From the human T2T-CHM13v2.0 reference genome, Homo sapiens, in assembly GCF_009914755.1 (NCBI RefSeq), contig NC_060925.1: a stretch of 64,000 nt of DNA; one strand, given 5' to 3'. Both the position numbers and the translations under genes were made by a program. Positions within the stretch are counted from its first letter, which is position 1; every line of letters starts with the position of its first letter. Below the pieces are notes generated by a model. The model saw only the letters and a program-made list of their open reading frames with translations, searched no databases and was not told the DNA's origin. Shown here in pieces: positions 1-12,935 of the stretch.

Positions 1-424
1 AAACCTGTTTCCAGGAACAAGTATATGTAAGCAGCCTCATGAAGTAAGGTCCATATTTCATTTTCTTCTGCCTGCCAGAATTTCTCCGAAACAGAGAACA
101 TTCAGTCATAAAGCAGAAGATGACAACCTTTCTCTTGCAGGGCGCTAAGATGTACCCTGAAGGATAGAATGGGGCCATATCATAATTTATAGTGAATTAC
201 TTTGTCCTGTCTGTAGGCCTAACCCTCCAACCCTCCAAGACCACATTATTCTTCTTTCTGGAGAGACTGACCACCTTTGCTCACTCTCTTGCCCTAGAAA
301 AGGTTATTGTCACTAAACAACAAGTAAATAAGGGAGGCTCATTTCTTTGCTTTGGAAAAAATTGAAGACATTTTAAGCTCCCTATGTAGAAGACATTTGG
401 CTGTGTATTGTTCAGACCACTTAC

Positions 425-567
425 TGTCCTCTGCGGTCATGAATGGAATCCAAGAACTATGTGCACTGCCAAATCCATTGGAGGCAACCAACCGAAACAT
501 ATACTCTGTGTACGGTTGGAGATCACTCACTTCATAGCTTAACGATGCAGAAGGATTGGAAAATAAC
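425..567 (-). CDS. USH2A: USH2A coding exon (exon 40, 143 nt), C-terminal half of an FN3 domain
   Basis: Acceptor ttcccatacag|GTTATT at 568/567 and donor GAGGACA|gtaagt at 425/424. Phase 2 in, phase 1 out. Encodes LFSNPSASLSYEVSDLQPYTEYMFRLVASNGFGSAHSSWIPFMTAED, with the FN3 L-x-P-x-T-x-Y-x-F-R motif. Confidence 0.96.
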
Positions 568-1104
568 CTGTATGGGAAATAAATGTCAATTAGGAAGTTT
601 TCGACATTCAAAGAAATAAAAGCAAGTAAATTTCTTACTACAAAAAAATTTTAGAGGATGTCAACATACATTTAAGTATTGTAATTTTCTGCCATCAAAT
701 GAGATCTCTTTTAAAATAAGTAGCCATTGGCTGAGTCTGTAATCTTGTGTTTATACGAGATGTAAATCCTAGTAGTATTGAGACTGACTGCCATGTGGAT
801 TTGTAGAATAGGTATTATAATTTGTTAGCGACAGTTCAGACATCATTTTGTTAGTTTCATTGCTTTATGTAATGCATGTGCTCATGAAAAGTTTCAGTGG
901 GAAGAAATCCTACTTTAAATGCTACATAAATGAAAAATAGATATTTTTGCAAAGCAAATGATTATCCTCTAATTGTTTGGGGTTTTTTTGTACTTTTAAA
1001 AGGTAACCTATATTTTTTGCAAATGAGAACTGACCTACTCTTCAAAAATGTTATGTCTATATTGTATAACCCAGCTGATAGAATGGACAAAGTAGAATGC
1101 TCAC

Positions 1105-1255
1105 TCTAGAAATCCATGGGTGGAGTCGCCAGACCTCATCTGGAGTTGGTATCTGGGAGAGCCAGGAGCGTTATTACGAGCTGGTGTAGACCAGACAACC
1201 TGAAGACTGGTTGGAGTGGCAGATGAAAGCCTGGGAGGCAGCACGCCATCTGGAG
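1105..1255 (-). CDS. USH2A: USH2A coding exon (exon 39, 151 nt), N-terminal half of an FN3 domain
   Basis: Acceptor gtgtttttcgacag|CTCCA with a CTAAT branch-like motif at 1280-1276, and donor CTAGA|gtgagc. Phase 1 in, phase 2 out; GA|G completes Glu with the next exon. Encodes APDGVLPPRLSSATPTSLQVVWSTPARNNAPGSPRYQLQMRSGDSTHGFLE. Confidence 0.96.
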
Positions 1256-2146
1256 CTGTCGAAAAACACAGATGAATTAGAGCAGAGAAAACTGTGGAGA
1301 ACATATGCTGGATGGAATCGAAATGCTCCATATACTGGAAAAACTGTTCCTCAGGATCAACAACAATGTTAAACATGGTCCATTTAATTTAACATTTTCA
1401 TTCCTGAACTCCTGTACTTCCTTATTGTTCATTTCAACACAATTACATTAGTATTTCAGTCTTAAAAGCCGGCCCCCAAACAGCAAGACAAATGAATATG
1501 CAGCACATTCCCACCTGTACTTCTGTTTATCTAATTGAAAACATGGAGGGAATTTAGTGAAGCAAATATTAAAGTACCTTTTTCATTTAACTCTTTGTTC
1601 AACAGACCAAACAATTGAACACTGAAGCAGTCCAGATCTCATATTCTTCCCCCCGATATCATCCATTGCTGCCTTAATCACACCACTACATGTGAACACA
1701 ATGGCTTTCTTTTCCTTTCTTTTTTTTTTTGGAGGAAGGGAAGTTAGCTAAAATTGTATTTTTCTGGAATGATAAATAAACATGAATGGCTGAATACAGT
1801 GTATTCCAGCCTTAATGCTCACCCATGAAAATATAAAAAGTAAACTTTTTTCCCTATGTGTTTTATACAATTACCCTTCTCAGAGTTATCCCTTCTCCTG
1901 CCCTTACTCAATTTTGCAAGTTGGAACATGCATACCACTTTTTCTAGTCTAGTTGAGTCTCCGGAAAATCTGTTCTGACTTCAACATACCTGCTTGGTAC
2001 AATCTACCAGGGAAATCTCTTTGAATGGTTCTAGAAGGCCTAACAGGAATGTGTAAAACTAAAGCCTATTCTACTAAAAAAAGTTGATAAGATGACTCTG
2101 GTTATTTAATTAATTTTTTCCAACTGGTATAACTCAAATGAGCCTG

Positions 2147-2186
2147 TCATATCAGCTTGTTCCAAATCATATCAGTTTGTTCCAAA
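2147..2186. repeat. 20-bp tandem duplication
   Basis: tcatatcagcttgttccaaa followed by tcatatcagtttgttccaaa (1 mismatch). Confidence 0.9.
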
Positions 2187-2739
2187 GCTATTCAGAAACT
2201 TGAAAGCAAATTCAGCAAAACTCTGCCTTTAGGAAAATGACCTAATGACTCCGAGCCTATATTTTCTGATCTCTAAAGTAGGTATAATATTTTTCCTTTA
2301 TAGAATTGTTGTGAAGTTCAGAGATCATATAAATAAAGCACCTGATTTTAGACCCTGGTAATTATTAGTCACTAACTATTATTACTATTATTACATTGGA
2401 CTGACCTGAACTTTCTTTAGCATAATTTAATTGCTAGTATAATATACTTTGTTGGGAACATTCTGATTATTGTAATATAGGTTCCTAATGACCACAAATT
2501 ACCAGAGGCCATTGGTGAAGAAGGAGAAGTGATCAAAATAATGAGAACAAATGAAATATCAGGGTCCATTTTCAACTTTATTTTATACATAACCTTGTGT
2601 AGTGTGTCAATTTTACATACTCTCCAATTCAGAAGAAGCTGTCTGTGAACAATGAGGCTAATGAATGACCAGTGATGAGAACAGAAGAATTAGATTACAT
2701 GTTTCATCAATCTGCTGTAATGGGTTTGAGTTCATTAAT

Positions 2740-4190
2740 AATTCATTCATTTGTTCAATAAACATTTATTAAGGCTCCACTCTGTGCTAAGCAGTACTCT
2801 TCATGTGGAAGAAGAACAGCACTGAATAAAATAGACACCACTCCTGCCCCTAGGTAGCTTACATTCAAGTGGAGGGAGCAGGTGGTAAACAAATGAATAC
2901 TGTGTATACAATAATACCAGGTGGCCATAAGTGCTTTGTAGAAAAATAAAGCAGTGTAAGGAAAGAGAAGGTAAAAAGAATTGGGCAGTTTTAGTTACTA
3001 GGTAACAACTTCAATTCGATGGGAAGATTATAGGAAGAAAATGCAATTCAGTGATATTTGAACAGAGACTTCACTGGCATGAGGGAGGTAGCCATCCGAA
3101 TGTCTGGAGGAAGAGTAATCCAGCCAGAGATAGCAGTACATTCAAAGGCAGTAAGGAGGAAAACATTCTGGTTGTGTTTAAGGAACAGTGTGGCTAACAC
3201 GGACTAAGGAGGAGAGGGAGAGGAAAAGTCTTCATAGGAGTTGTAGCCTTCATAGGAGTTGTAGGTCAGCGTATATGTGATCTTTAAAGGCTGAGATGGT
3301 GAAATAAACTAGGAAGTGAGTGTTGATAGAATGAGTATAGAAGAGGTCTGAGAACCAAGCCCTGGAATCCACCAAAATGTTGAGGTCAGGAGGAGGCCTC
3401 TCTAGGAAAGGATACTGAGAAGGAATGGTCAGTGAGGTAGGAGAAAAACTGAGAAGGTGCAGACTGGAAGCCGAGTAAAGAAAGAAGGCACATGAAAAAG
3501 GAAGAACGTATCAGCTGTATCAACTCGGCTGAGAGTTTAAGGAGGAAGAAGACTGGGAGTTGAAACTTTGCATTTGGCCAAGTGCAGATATTTGATAACT
3601 TTGCAAAGAACAGATGCAGTGCAGTGCTGGGCATAGCAGTCTGAGCTAAGGTTGTGAAGACAACGAGGGGGTAAAGGGCAGATACAGTGAGCTTAGACAA
3701 CACTTAGAGGGAATTTATTCTAAAAGGGATTAGAAAATGGGGCAGCAGCTAGAAAAGCTCATGATATCAAAGGAAGGTTTTCTAAAGACTGGAAGATGTT
3801 GCAGCATATAGGCATGTTTGTTGGAAGAATCTAACACAGATTAGGGGAAATGATACCGTAAAAGAAAGAATTGCCAGAGCAAAGTCCTAGTGTGGGAAGA
3901 GAGAGGTGAGCCAGTGCACCTTTGAATCAATTGAGAGTCAGTGCACACTGGCTGCCAAACAGAGCAGGGATAGTTCTCCCATTGTGCAAAAGTGAATGCA
4001 CAGATGAAGATGTAGAGCAGTGAGTAGATTCAGTGATGGAATAATAGCAAAGATCTCCTTTGATGATGCGCAGTTTCTTAGTGAGCAAAATAAAAGCAAA
4101 GGCTCAGTGACAAATTGGGTGGATGAAATGGAGGCTTGAAGAAAGAGGAAATGATATGAAATAATTCTCTCAATTAGTAAAAGTGTGGCA
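2740..4190 (-). mobile_element. LINE-2 relic, about 1.4 kb from its 3' end
   Basis: Begins with the L2 3' terminus attcattcatttgttcaataaacatttatt..gtgctaagca; purine-rich antisense L2 body follows. Boundaries approximate. Confidence 0.75.
3230..3264. repeat. Tandem duplication with 18-bp period inside L2
   Basis: cttcataggagttgtag occurs twice, separated by 1 nt. Confidence 0.9.
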
Positions 4191-7100
4191 TGACTAGAAA
4201 GTGCAAGAAGATTGCTGTCCAGGGCCAACTATCCACTTCTTACCTTCACATTTTTGGTTTGAAGGACATTCATTGCTAAAGGCTTTTTAATTGATATTTT
4301 TATCTATGAACACAAATGGTTTTTAACAATCATAATTTATTTGACATATATACTTTAATTGATTTATAATAAGTGCATACATAGAAAAAAGAGCACTGTG
4401 AAAACACAGGCAAAAAATAAAGTGCAAAATGCATACAATGTATAACATATAAAACCATGTCTCTCTTTTGATTATTTTTGTCTAATTTTTCTACATCAAG
4501 GAGTATAATGTAATTGAAAATCCAAATTCTGAATTTCAAGTCATTAGCCCTGAAAAAATTAGTTTTTAATATGCACACAAAACCCCTTATGTGTTAAAAA
4601 CTACATTACCTTTCTATTAAGACAGTAGGAAGAAGTGCCCCAAAGTAGGCTTTATAATAATAATAAGATGTCACGAATTCTCTTCTGAGTAATAACAAAA
4701 CAATATGCTCCACTAAATTGGTACACTTTGAATATATTAAATTGTGAAATATTTCCAAACAGAATGGTCATCTTAAATTATTTGTATATAACTACTCATT
4801 CTGTATGCTTCCAGTAACACTGAATTCTGGAAACCTTCCTTTCCCCTCTGTTTAACCCCTTTTATCCTAGATTTAATCCTTAGAGGCTCCTTAGCACCAA
4901 AGCAATAACTGGGAGCCAGCCATAATTCCACTGCTGGTTTCTTAACAGAAGAGCCCTGTATCCATCAGCTTGATATATTGTCTCCAAGATGCTCTGTTGC
5001 TCAAAGAACTTCTCTCAAGTTTAATATGACCCTCACGGGGCAAACACTCCAAGACAACCTCCTGAATCAACACATCTTGTCCAGTAAATACTAATTCTAC
5101 ACAGCGACTAGATAAAACAGCTATCCCAATCTATAAACTCAAAGGAAGTGGGTTTTTAATAAAATTTCAAATTTAACCTGCTTCAGAAAATCAAATTCAT
5201 ACAAAACATTAAGCAATAAATTAAATCACAGATTGGAATAATTGAGATGGTATAATCTTTTGAATGTATAATTTTATTAAACTTTAAAAATGATATACGC
5301 CACTGGACTCTCATCTATATGAAAAACAAAAGAAAACAAAACACCAAATAGACAATGACTTATACATGTCCTAAACTTCTCTAAGAAAACAAAACAAAAT
5401 AAAACAAACGAAAAAATATAAAATGATTTATTTACACATGTCCTAAACCTTTGCTCCCTGCAGATTTATAAAACTCTGGGAGTGAGCTCTCAAAGGCAAA
5501 AACAGAGGCTTTACAAACGTAGTTGGTGGCTACCAAGTCTGTGGGGACAAGAAGAAGAATATTTTAGGGAGAAAATGAATTCACTGTGCTTTCCATATGC
5601 ACTGAATTCTTTCTCAGGACATCCCACCAACATGTTACTTTTGAGGTGTGTTTTGTTTTTTGCCTGTGTGTGTGCATTTCAAAATAGTGAAATAAAATGC
5701 TGCATTAAAATATCAAATAAGCCTGTAATATTTTGTATCAAATTCAATTCTATAATACAAGACACTGAATACCACTCTGCACAAGGTTCTTGTTAGAGGC
5801 AGGGAAAGGGCAGAATAGGTAGAAGGCGGAATCAAATAATCTACTTTATGTTTAACAGATTAGACCTGACTCAAATAACTGTATCACCAAAAAAAGAGTA
5901 CTCAGCACAAAAGAGGTATAAATGCTACGGGGGACTCGGAAGTTAGAAACTCACTTCCAGGGGTGCACTGGGCCTTGTCTTTCAGAGATCCCTGGCTTGC
6001 AGAAGCACTGCCCTGGGGGTACTATCAGTTGTTCATCCAGGTTAATGATGTTCTCAGCCTCATTCCCTAGGGCTCCCACCAACTCTTCCTGTGCTCATTC
6101 CATTTAGATGTGGTGCTTCTTGCTAATTCACTAGGAATCTGACTCTAGCCTACCCCAAATTATCCCCTCACTTCAGGGATTACATTTTTGGCATTCTCAT
6201 TTAGGCTTCTCTGTTAACATTAGAGAAACTGCGGCCTTTTACCTATATGCTGCATCGCTGAATAGCCTGGCACATATTCAAAATCCTTGGATTACACATT
6301 TCTTCATCATTTTCCGAAATAGCTACATATGAGCAAGGGTTTTAAATTCTACTTTCCAGAATGGAAAATTAAAGTTCAGACACATATATTGAGTCATTGA
6401 GTCATGAACAAATTGAAAACAGAAGGCAAGACTCGATTTCCAGTCACTAAACCATATGTCATTTAAAAAGATATTAATTATGAGGAATATGCAGATGTGC
6501 TAACAAATGGACAGTCAACCTTGAACACAAGGATGCACAAACAGAGCAGCATTAAATAGTGACAAGTAGGTTAAAATAGATTTCATGTTCACAAAACAGT
6601 CTTTCACCAGAGCGAACTTTTTGAAAGCATACTGTGTACAAGGTTATTTAACATAATTATTTCTAATCCTCAGAATTACACTCCAAAATTGTAGTGTTTT
6701 CTCTTTGTAGGATATACGGAATAAGGTGAGGCTCAGAGAGAAGTTAAATATTTCATTTCAAATCGCAGAACTGATGTAACTGGCACACTGAGGATTCTAA
6801 CATGGGCCGTTTAAGTTCAAAGGCAGTGCGCTCTTAATTTTACACCCTGAAACAGCCTGCTATAGTGAATGATTTATAATATAGAATAACTATTAAATAT
6901 ATTAAATCTATATAAAAGCAAACCATTTACAATATTAAATAAACAAATTTCAATAAATGTTGGATTTATTTTCTGTCCAGGTCATATTCTTAAACAGTAC
7001 CTCCCGGTCTTATTTCTTTATCATAGCAGGGATTCCCATCATTCCACAAGGTATCACACACAGAACTACTAGTATGAATTTGCCACATCTCCAGAATTAG

Positions 7101-7239
7101 TCAACATCCACAGAAATTCAATGAAATGTAAAATGGAGAAGTCTTCATGTTAGCGAGAGAAAAAGTATATTTTAAAAATTGTGTTTTCGTAGGTATGTCA
7201 TGGATCTGATATTTGACCATAGAATATTCAAAAACAAAA

Positions 7240-8060
7240 CAACAGAATCTTAAAATCAGAAGGCAGAAAACTTAAAAGTCACCAACTTTATCCTCTCACC
7301 AAATAAGGAATCCTTACCTAGAACATCCCAGACAGGTGACCCCAGGTCTCTGCTTGTGCCTTACCAGTGACAGGAAAATAGTCACTTGGCAAGTTGTCCC
7401 ATCACATTATTGAATAGTCTTTATCATTGGAAAGCTCTTTCTGATGTAGAACAAAGAATTGTATGGGTTCTACAAAACTTAGGGCAAATATAACCTTTTG
7501 TTCACATTGAGACATTCTGAGTGAAATGGGGCACTCTAAGTAATTAATAGGAGTGAACTGAGCTGCATGCAGCAGGCATAAACTGGGACTATCTTGGGCA
7601 AAAAGTGCATATGGTTGGTCATGCTAACAACACTGAACTCCTTAGAACCTTACCTCTAATCCCTGAGAGCAAGCCTCTGGTACCATTCGTGGGCTAGAAC
7701 CTCAGGTATTTTTAAGCATTTGCCTTCCTTTCCACTAAATTTCCCCATTTCAGGTTAAACATCTCTGTTCTCTCCAACTAGTTTCCATATAGTATGTTTT
7801 CTCAACCATCTTCTAGCCTTGTTAACTGATTTGGATGTGTTCCAGTTTGAGAATGCCTTTTAAACTTACACTCCTTGTGTGTTTGGGCCACAGCCCAACA
7901 CAGGAAGGCACTGACTTTCCTTTCTTCAAGTGATGCTGCTGAAACTTCACTGAGCATCTTAATTTTGGCCTGCTTAATATTGGAGTTCATCAAGTTCATT
8001 CATATCAGCTATGTAGCTGACTCAAAATGGTCATATAGATAGCTGACCATACCAGATTAA
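7240..8060 (-). mobile_element. L3/CR1-like LINE relic interrupted by MER94
   Basis: Resembles antisense CR1 3' region (aacatcccagacaggtg..ccagtgacagg..ggaaagctctttctgat). Old and approximate. Confidence 0.5.
7480..7626. mobile_element. MER94-like hAT-Blackjack non-autonomous DNA transposon
   Basis: Degenerate TAGGG..CCTA termini; internal gagtgaaatggggcact..caggcataaactgggactatc matches the MER94 consensus as recalled. Confidence 0.6.
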
Positions 8061-8200
8061 TTATTTTCTAATGTATACATAGTCTTAAAGGACTGTTAAA
8101 GGAGAAAAGTAATTAAAGAGATACCATGGTGCCCAACACAGTGCTTTGTCTAGGAAAGATCCTATAAAAACTGGATGAATGGATGGATGAATCAATGGTT

Positions 8201-8254
8201 GGAAAGATGGATGAGTTGATGGGGGAAAGATGGATGAGTTGATGGGGGAAAGAT
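8201..8254. repeat. Perfect 23-bp minisatellite (2.3 copies)
   Basis: ggaaagatggatgagttgatggg twice plus ggaaagat, next to a (ggat)n L2-tail-like tract. Confidence 0.92.
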
Positions 8255-9574
8255 CTGCAGAGAAAATTATTTCTGTCATTATCCCAACAATTGTTAGAAT
8301 CCCGAACATATTTTCTATTTACAAATAAATTACAAAAAAATGTGAAAAATATTTTTAACATAAGTGAGATTAATTGCTTGGAGGTATTATCAAATGAAAT
8401 CTGAAATACTACTTTAGAGTACATTCATTTTATCATTCGTTTCTCTCAATGTTCTTATTTCACAGATATAAAAACTGAGTTTAGAAAAGGCTAAGCAACA
8501 TGTCTCAATGAATAGTAGATAGAAACCTGTGGTTTCATACATGTCCCTTTTGTTTTCAAGACCATAGTTCATCTCCCAAAACCCCATTAAATTTTAAATT
8601 TAAGTCTAATTATTGCTTTGTCCCATGATAAACCAAGGTAATGATAACATAAACCATTTGAGAGCAGATATGCTTTTTATTTATCTTTGTAAACTTCAGA
8701 GCACTTAACAAATTTTGAGAGTTTAGTATTGCTCATGAAATACTTATTAAACAAATGATAAAATTTAGTTCTTGGAGAACTAAACAGAACTCTTTTAAAA
8801 GTACTATCTGTATTTTCCTAAGTACAAATATGTTTATGATATAAACTTTAAAGATTATAAAACAAATGAAGAAAACAATGATCCATAATTACACTACCCA
8901 GAGATAGCCATGGTAAAATTATTATAGATAATCTTTCCTGTCTTTTTTCTATACAAATATATGTGCACGTAATTAAGAAAAACATTAAGATGAATACTTA
9001 CATATTATTTAGTAAACTTTATTTGCTTTACTATATATGCCAGTCAGTATTTTTGGTAGCATAACTTTTCAAATAATTGCATGTACTATTTTTATAGATG
9101 TGGAACATTCACTTAACAAAGCTGACATTGATGGATACAGAATGATGCATCTTTAGGGACACTTTTTAGAGTTATCGGGTAAACGTGGATGAATGCTCTA
9201 CTATTTCAGATATTAGTTGACTAATTGTTTTCCAGAACATTGAATTTATACTACCATCACTAAGATATGAGTGGTCCACTTCCCAGTATCCCCATCAAAA
9301 TGAGTATTTTATATAATGCCTATATATATCTATATATACATATATAATAATAATACAAGTATATCATTAAATATATTATATATCTACATGTCATATAATT
9401 TGTATATAATTACATATGACTGATATAATGTATGTGTGTGTATATATATAATAATTCATTAACTCAGCAGCTATTTAAAAGTCATCTATTATATGCCTAG
9501 CACTATTCCATAACCTGGGAATATAGTAATGAACAAATTAAAATGGTTTTTATTAAGAGGGGTGAGATGAAAGA

Positions 9575-9975
9575 CAAAAAAAGATAAAGGCAAAACTATA
9601 GAGACGATAAAAAGTGATCAGAGTTTGCCAGGGGTTGGGGGAGGGCTGTATGAATGAATAGATGGAACACGGAGGCTTTTCAGAGCAGTGAAGCTACTTC
9701 ATATGACACTATAATGGTAAGTACATGTCATTATATATTAGCCTAAAGCCATAGGATGTACAACACCAAGAGCGAATCTTAGTGTATACTATGGACTTTG
9801 GGTAATAAAAACATGTCAGTGGAGGTCCACTCTGTGGAAGAGGATGATAATGGGTAAGGGTATACACGTGTGGAGGCAAGGATAAATGGGAACTCTGCAC
9901 CTTCTGCCCGATGTTGCTGTGAACCTAAAGCTGCTCTTAAAAATAAAGTCTACTAACATTTAATGAGAAAAAAAG
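9575..9975 (+). mobile_element. L1MC-type 3' UTR fragment inserted into an L2 relic (L2 at about 9455-9560 and 9980-10420)
   Basis: aaaggcaaaactatagagac..gtacaacaccaagagcgaatc..tatggactttgggtaata..aaaataaagtc, then an A-rich end. Confidence 0.7.
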
Positions 9976-10689
9976 AAGCATTTCTAATATAAGGGCATTG
10001 AGAGTGATGAGGGAGGGAGTGGAGCAAAGTTAGCATGTTAGATGCGATAGGCAGGGAAGGCATCTCTGATGAGGTTTTATCTGAGTTGAGATTTGCAGAT
10101 CACTGGGAGAAGCACAAATGAAGCAGACCCAAGGCAGAAGCCTCATTGACGTGAGTCTGGAAAGTATTGTTCATAGAGGATTTGGTGATGGAACAGATGT
10201 AGGGATGTAGAGAATGAAAGAAGGATGCTTGACTCCTAAGCTTCTGGTCTAAGGGAGGGACACTTGGTGTAGGAAGAAAAAAAATTTGTTGGTTCTGGAT
10301 TGCCTAAGATATTTTTAGAAGGCCATTGACTACGGGGGACTGGAGTTCATGTGTTTAGGCCTGAGCATATACATAAGGAAGGTGTCAGTCTATAGATAGC
10401 ACTGAAAACCAAAAGACTATGATTGAAATATTTACAACATGCTTATTGGCCATTTACCATTTCTTAATTTCTAGAATGCTTGTTCATGAATCTTTTCCAA
10501 TGAAAACTTTTTTACCTTTGATAAGCTTTTTATTATATTAGATAATCCTGAACATTTCACACTTTTGTCACTCTCCTTTATGTTCAATTAGCACTTTTTA
10601 CATTTTTAACTTAATTAGCTGATTAGCAGCTAATTAATGTCTTTATTGTAATGTCTTTATTTAGAGTTTATTTTGATTAAATCACAAAA

Positions 10690-10940
10690 GAGGCAGATCT
10701 GTGTATTGGTTAAGAGCCAACTTATCTGGGTTCAAATCCTGATTGTGCTACTTACTGAGCAAGTACCAAAATCTCTATGTGCCCCAGTTTCTTCATCAAC
10801 GAAAGAAAGATTAAGATGGTATATATTTCATAGAGTGTGGTTGGGAGGATTAAATAAGTTAATGTATCAAGTGGTTACACAATATAATATATACATAATA
10901 TAATAAAGTACACATCATAAGTACTATATAAGTGTTTGCT
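10690..10940 (+). mobile_element. MIR SINE
   Basis: ggttaagagc..ctgggttcaaatcctg..ctacttact..cagtttcttcatc core. Confidence 0.75.
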
Positions 10941-11400
10941 ATTGTTATGATCTTTATCTTACCCCCAATGTCTATCACATGATCCTGTCATATCATTACT
11001 CACACCATAACTACAATCATGCTTTACTCATTTATTATTTCTTAGTAACATCAATCAAAGTATCTTCTTAAGTATCACTAAGTCATTTAATGTATCCCAA
11101 AAAACTATGAACATTTGTTCATAGTTCCTTTTAAGTTACTTGAAGATAATACATTCAGATTTATTGCTTCTCTCTGTAATTTTCTTACCCATCCTTGATG
11201 ACTTCATAATTGAGATCGCTCTGGATACATTATTTGTAATAATAATATTTATGAAATTACAAAGTCTGATCCTATAATATTTTGTAACCACTTAAAAAAT
11301 TCACAAGGTTTAGAAAAAGTATGTTCTGCTTATACCCAATACAGAGCTTAAATTACCCAGCCATCTTAGTTTTAATCACTTGAGAACAATTTTTTTCTTA

Positions 11401-12755
11401 ATTTTTTAATTTTTTTTTAATTTGTGGCATATAGGAAGTATATTTATTGGGGCACATGAGATGTTTTGATACAGGCATGCAATGTGAAACAAGCACATCA
11501 TGGAGAATGGGGTATCCATCCCCTCAAGAATTTATCCTTTGAGTTACAAACAATCTAATTACATTTTTTAAGTTATTTAAAAATATACGCTTAAGTTATT
11601 ATTGACTATAATCACCTTATTGTGCTATCAAATAGTAGGTCTTATTCATTAATTCTATTTTTTTAACCCATTAAGCATCCCCTCCTCTCCCCAACCCTCC
11701 ACTACTCTTCCCAGCCTCTGGTAACCATCCTTCTACTCTCTAAACCCATGAGTTCAATTGCTTTGATTTTTAGATCCCACAGATAAATGAGAACATGCCA
11801 CATTTGTCTTTCTGTGCCAGGCTTATTTCATCTAATGTAATAATCTCCAGTTCCATCCAAATTCTTGCAAATGACTGGATCTCATTCTTTTCTACGGCTG
11901 AATAGTACTCCATTGTATATATGTACCACATTTTGTTTATCCATCCATCTGCTGATGGATGCAACTTAGGTTGCTTCCAAATCTTGGCTATTGTAAACAG
12001 TGCTGAAACAAACATAGGAATGAAGATATTTCTTCAACATACTGATTTCCTTTCTTTTGGGTGTATGCCCAGCAATGGGATTGCTGAGTCATATGGTAGC
12101 TCAATTTTTAGTTTTTTGAGAAACCTCCAAATGGTTCTCCATAGTGGTTGTACTAATTTACATTCCTACCAGCAGGGTACAAGGGTTCCCTTTCTCCACA
12201 TCCTTGACAGCTTTTGTTATTTATTGCCTGTTTTTTGGACATAAGCCATTTTAACTGGGGTGAGATGAAATCTCATTATAGTTTTGATTTGCATTTCTCT
12301 GATAATTGATGATGCTGAGCACCTTTTCATATGACTGCCATTTGTATGTCTTCTTTTGAGAAATGTCTATTCAAATATTTTGCTGATTTTTTGATTGGAT
12401 TATTAGTTTTTTTCCTATAGAGTTGTTATATATTCTGGTGATTAATCCCTTGTCAGAGGGATAGTTGGCAAATACTTTCTTCCATTCTGTGGGGTGTTCC
12501 TTCACTTCGTTGATTGCATCCTTTGCTGTACAGAAGATTTTTAACCTATGTGATCCCATTTGCCTATGTTTGCCTTGGTTGCCTGTGCTTGTGGGATATT
12601 GCTCAAGAAATCTTTGCCCAGACCTATGTCCTATAGATTTTCCCCAATGTTTTCTTGTAGTAACTTGATAGTTTGAAGTCTTCGACTTAAGTTTTCAACC
12701 AATTTTGATTTTATTTTTGTACATGGTGAGAGATAGGGGTCTAATTTTATTCTTT
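11401..12755 (-). mobile_element. L1MA-type LINE-1 3' fragment (end of ORF2 plus 3' UTR)
   Basis: ORFs 11770-12015 and 12371-12559 resemble the L1 ORF2 C-terminus; 3' UTR gatacaggcatgcaatgtga..gagaatggggtatccatcccctcaag; T-rich tail at left. Confidence 0.85.
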
Positions 12756-12764
12756 AAAAAAATT

Positions 12765-12935
12765 TCTAAGAATTTTTGTGGGTAGGTAGTAGGTATGTAT
12801 ATATATATATATATATATATGAAGTACATTAGATGTTTTCATACAGATATGCAAAGTGAACTAGTCACACAATGGAGAATGGGGTATCCATCCCCGCAAG
12901 CATTTATCCTTTGAGTTATGAACATTTCAATTACT
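12765..12935 (-). mobile_element. Second L1MA-type 3' terminus, containing a (TA)n expansion
   Basis: Repeats the atggagaatggggtatccatcccc..catttatcctttgagtta motif also seen at 11499-11546. Confidence 0.75.

Noticed and set aside
1-424. The known USH2A intron-40 pseudoexon
   Set aside because: As I recall it lies near the far (exon 41) end of intron 40, outside this window.
339-1376. ORFs 339..611 and 1101..1376 as stand-alone proteins
   Set aside because: They are exons 40 and 39 read through into flanking intron; splice sites define the real coding limits.
1770-1830. Plus-strand AATAAA (1775-1780) as the end of an antisense transcript over exons 39-40
   Set aside because: AATAAA is very frequent in this AT-rich window, and the sequence alone cannot support a transcript.
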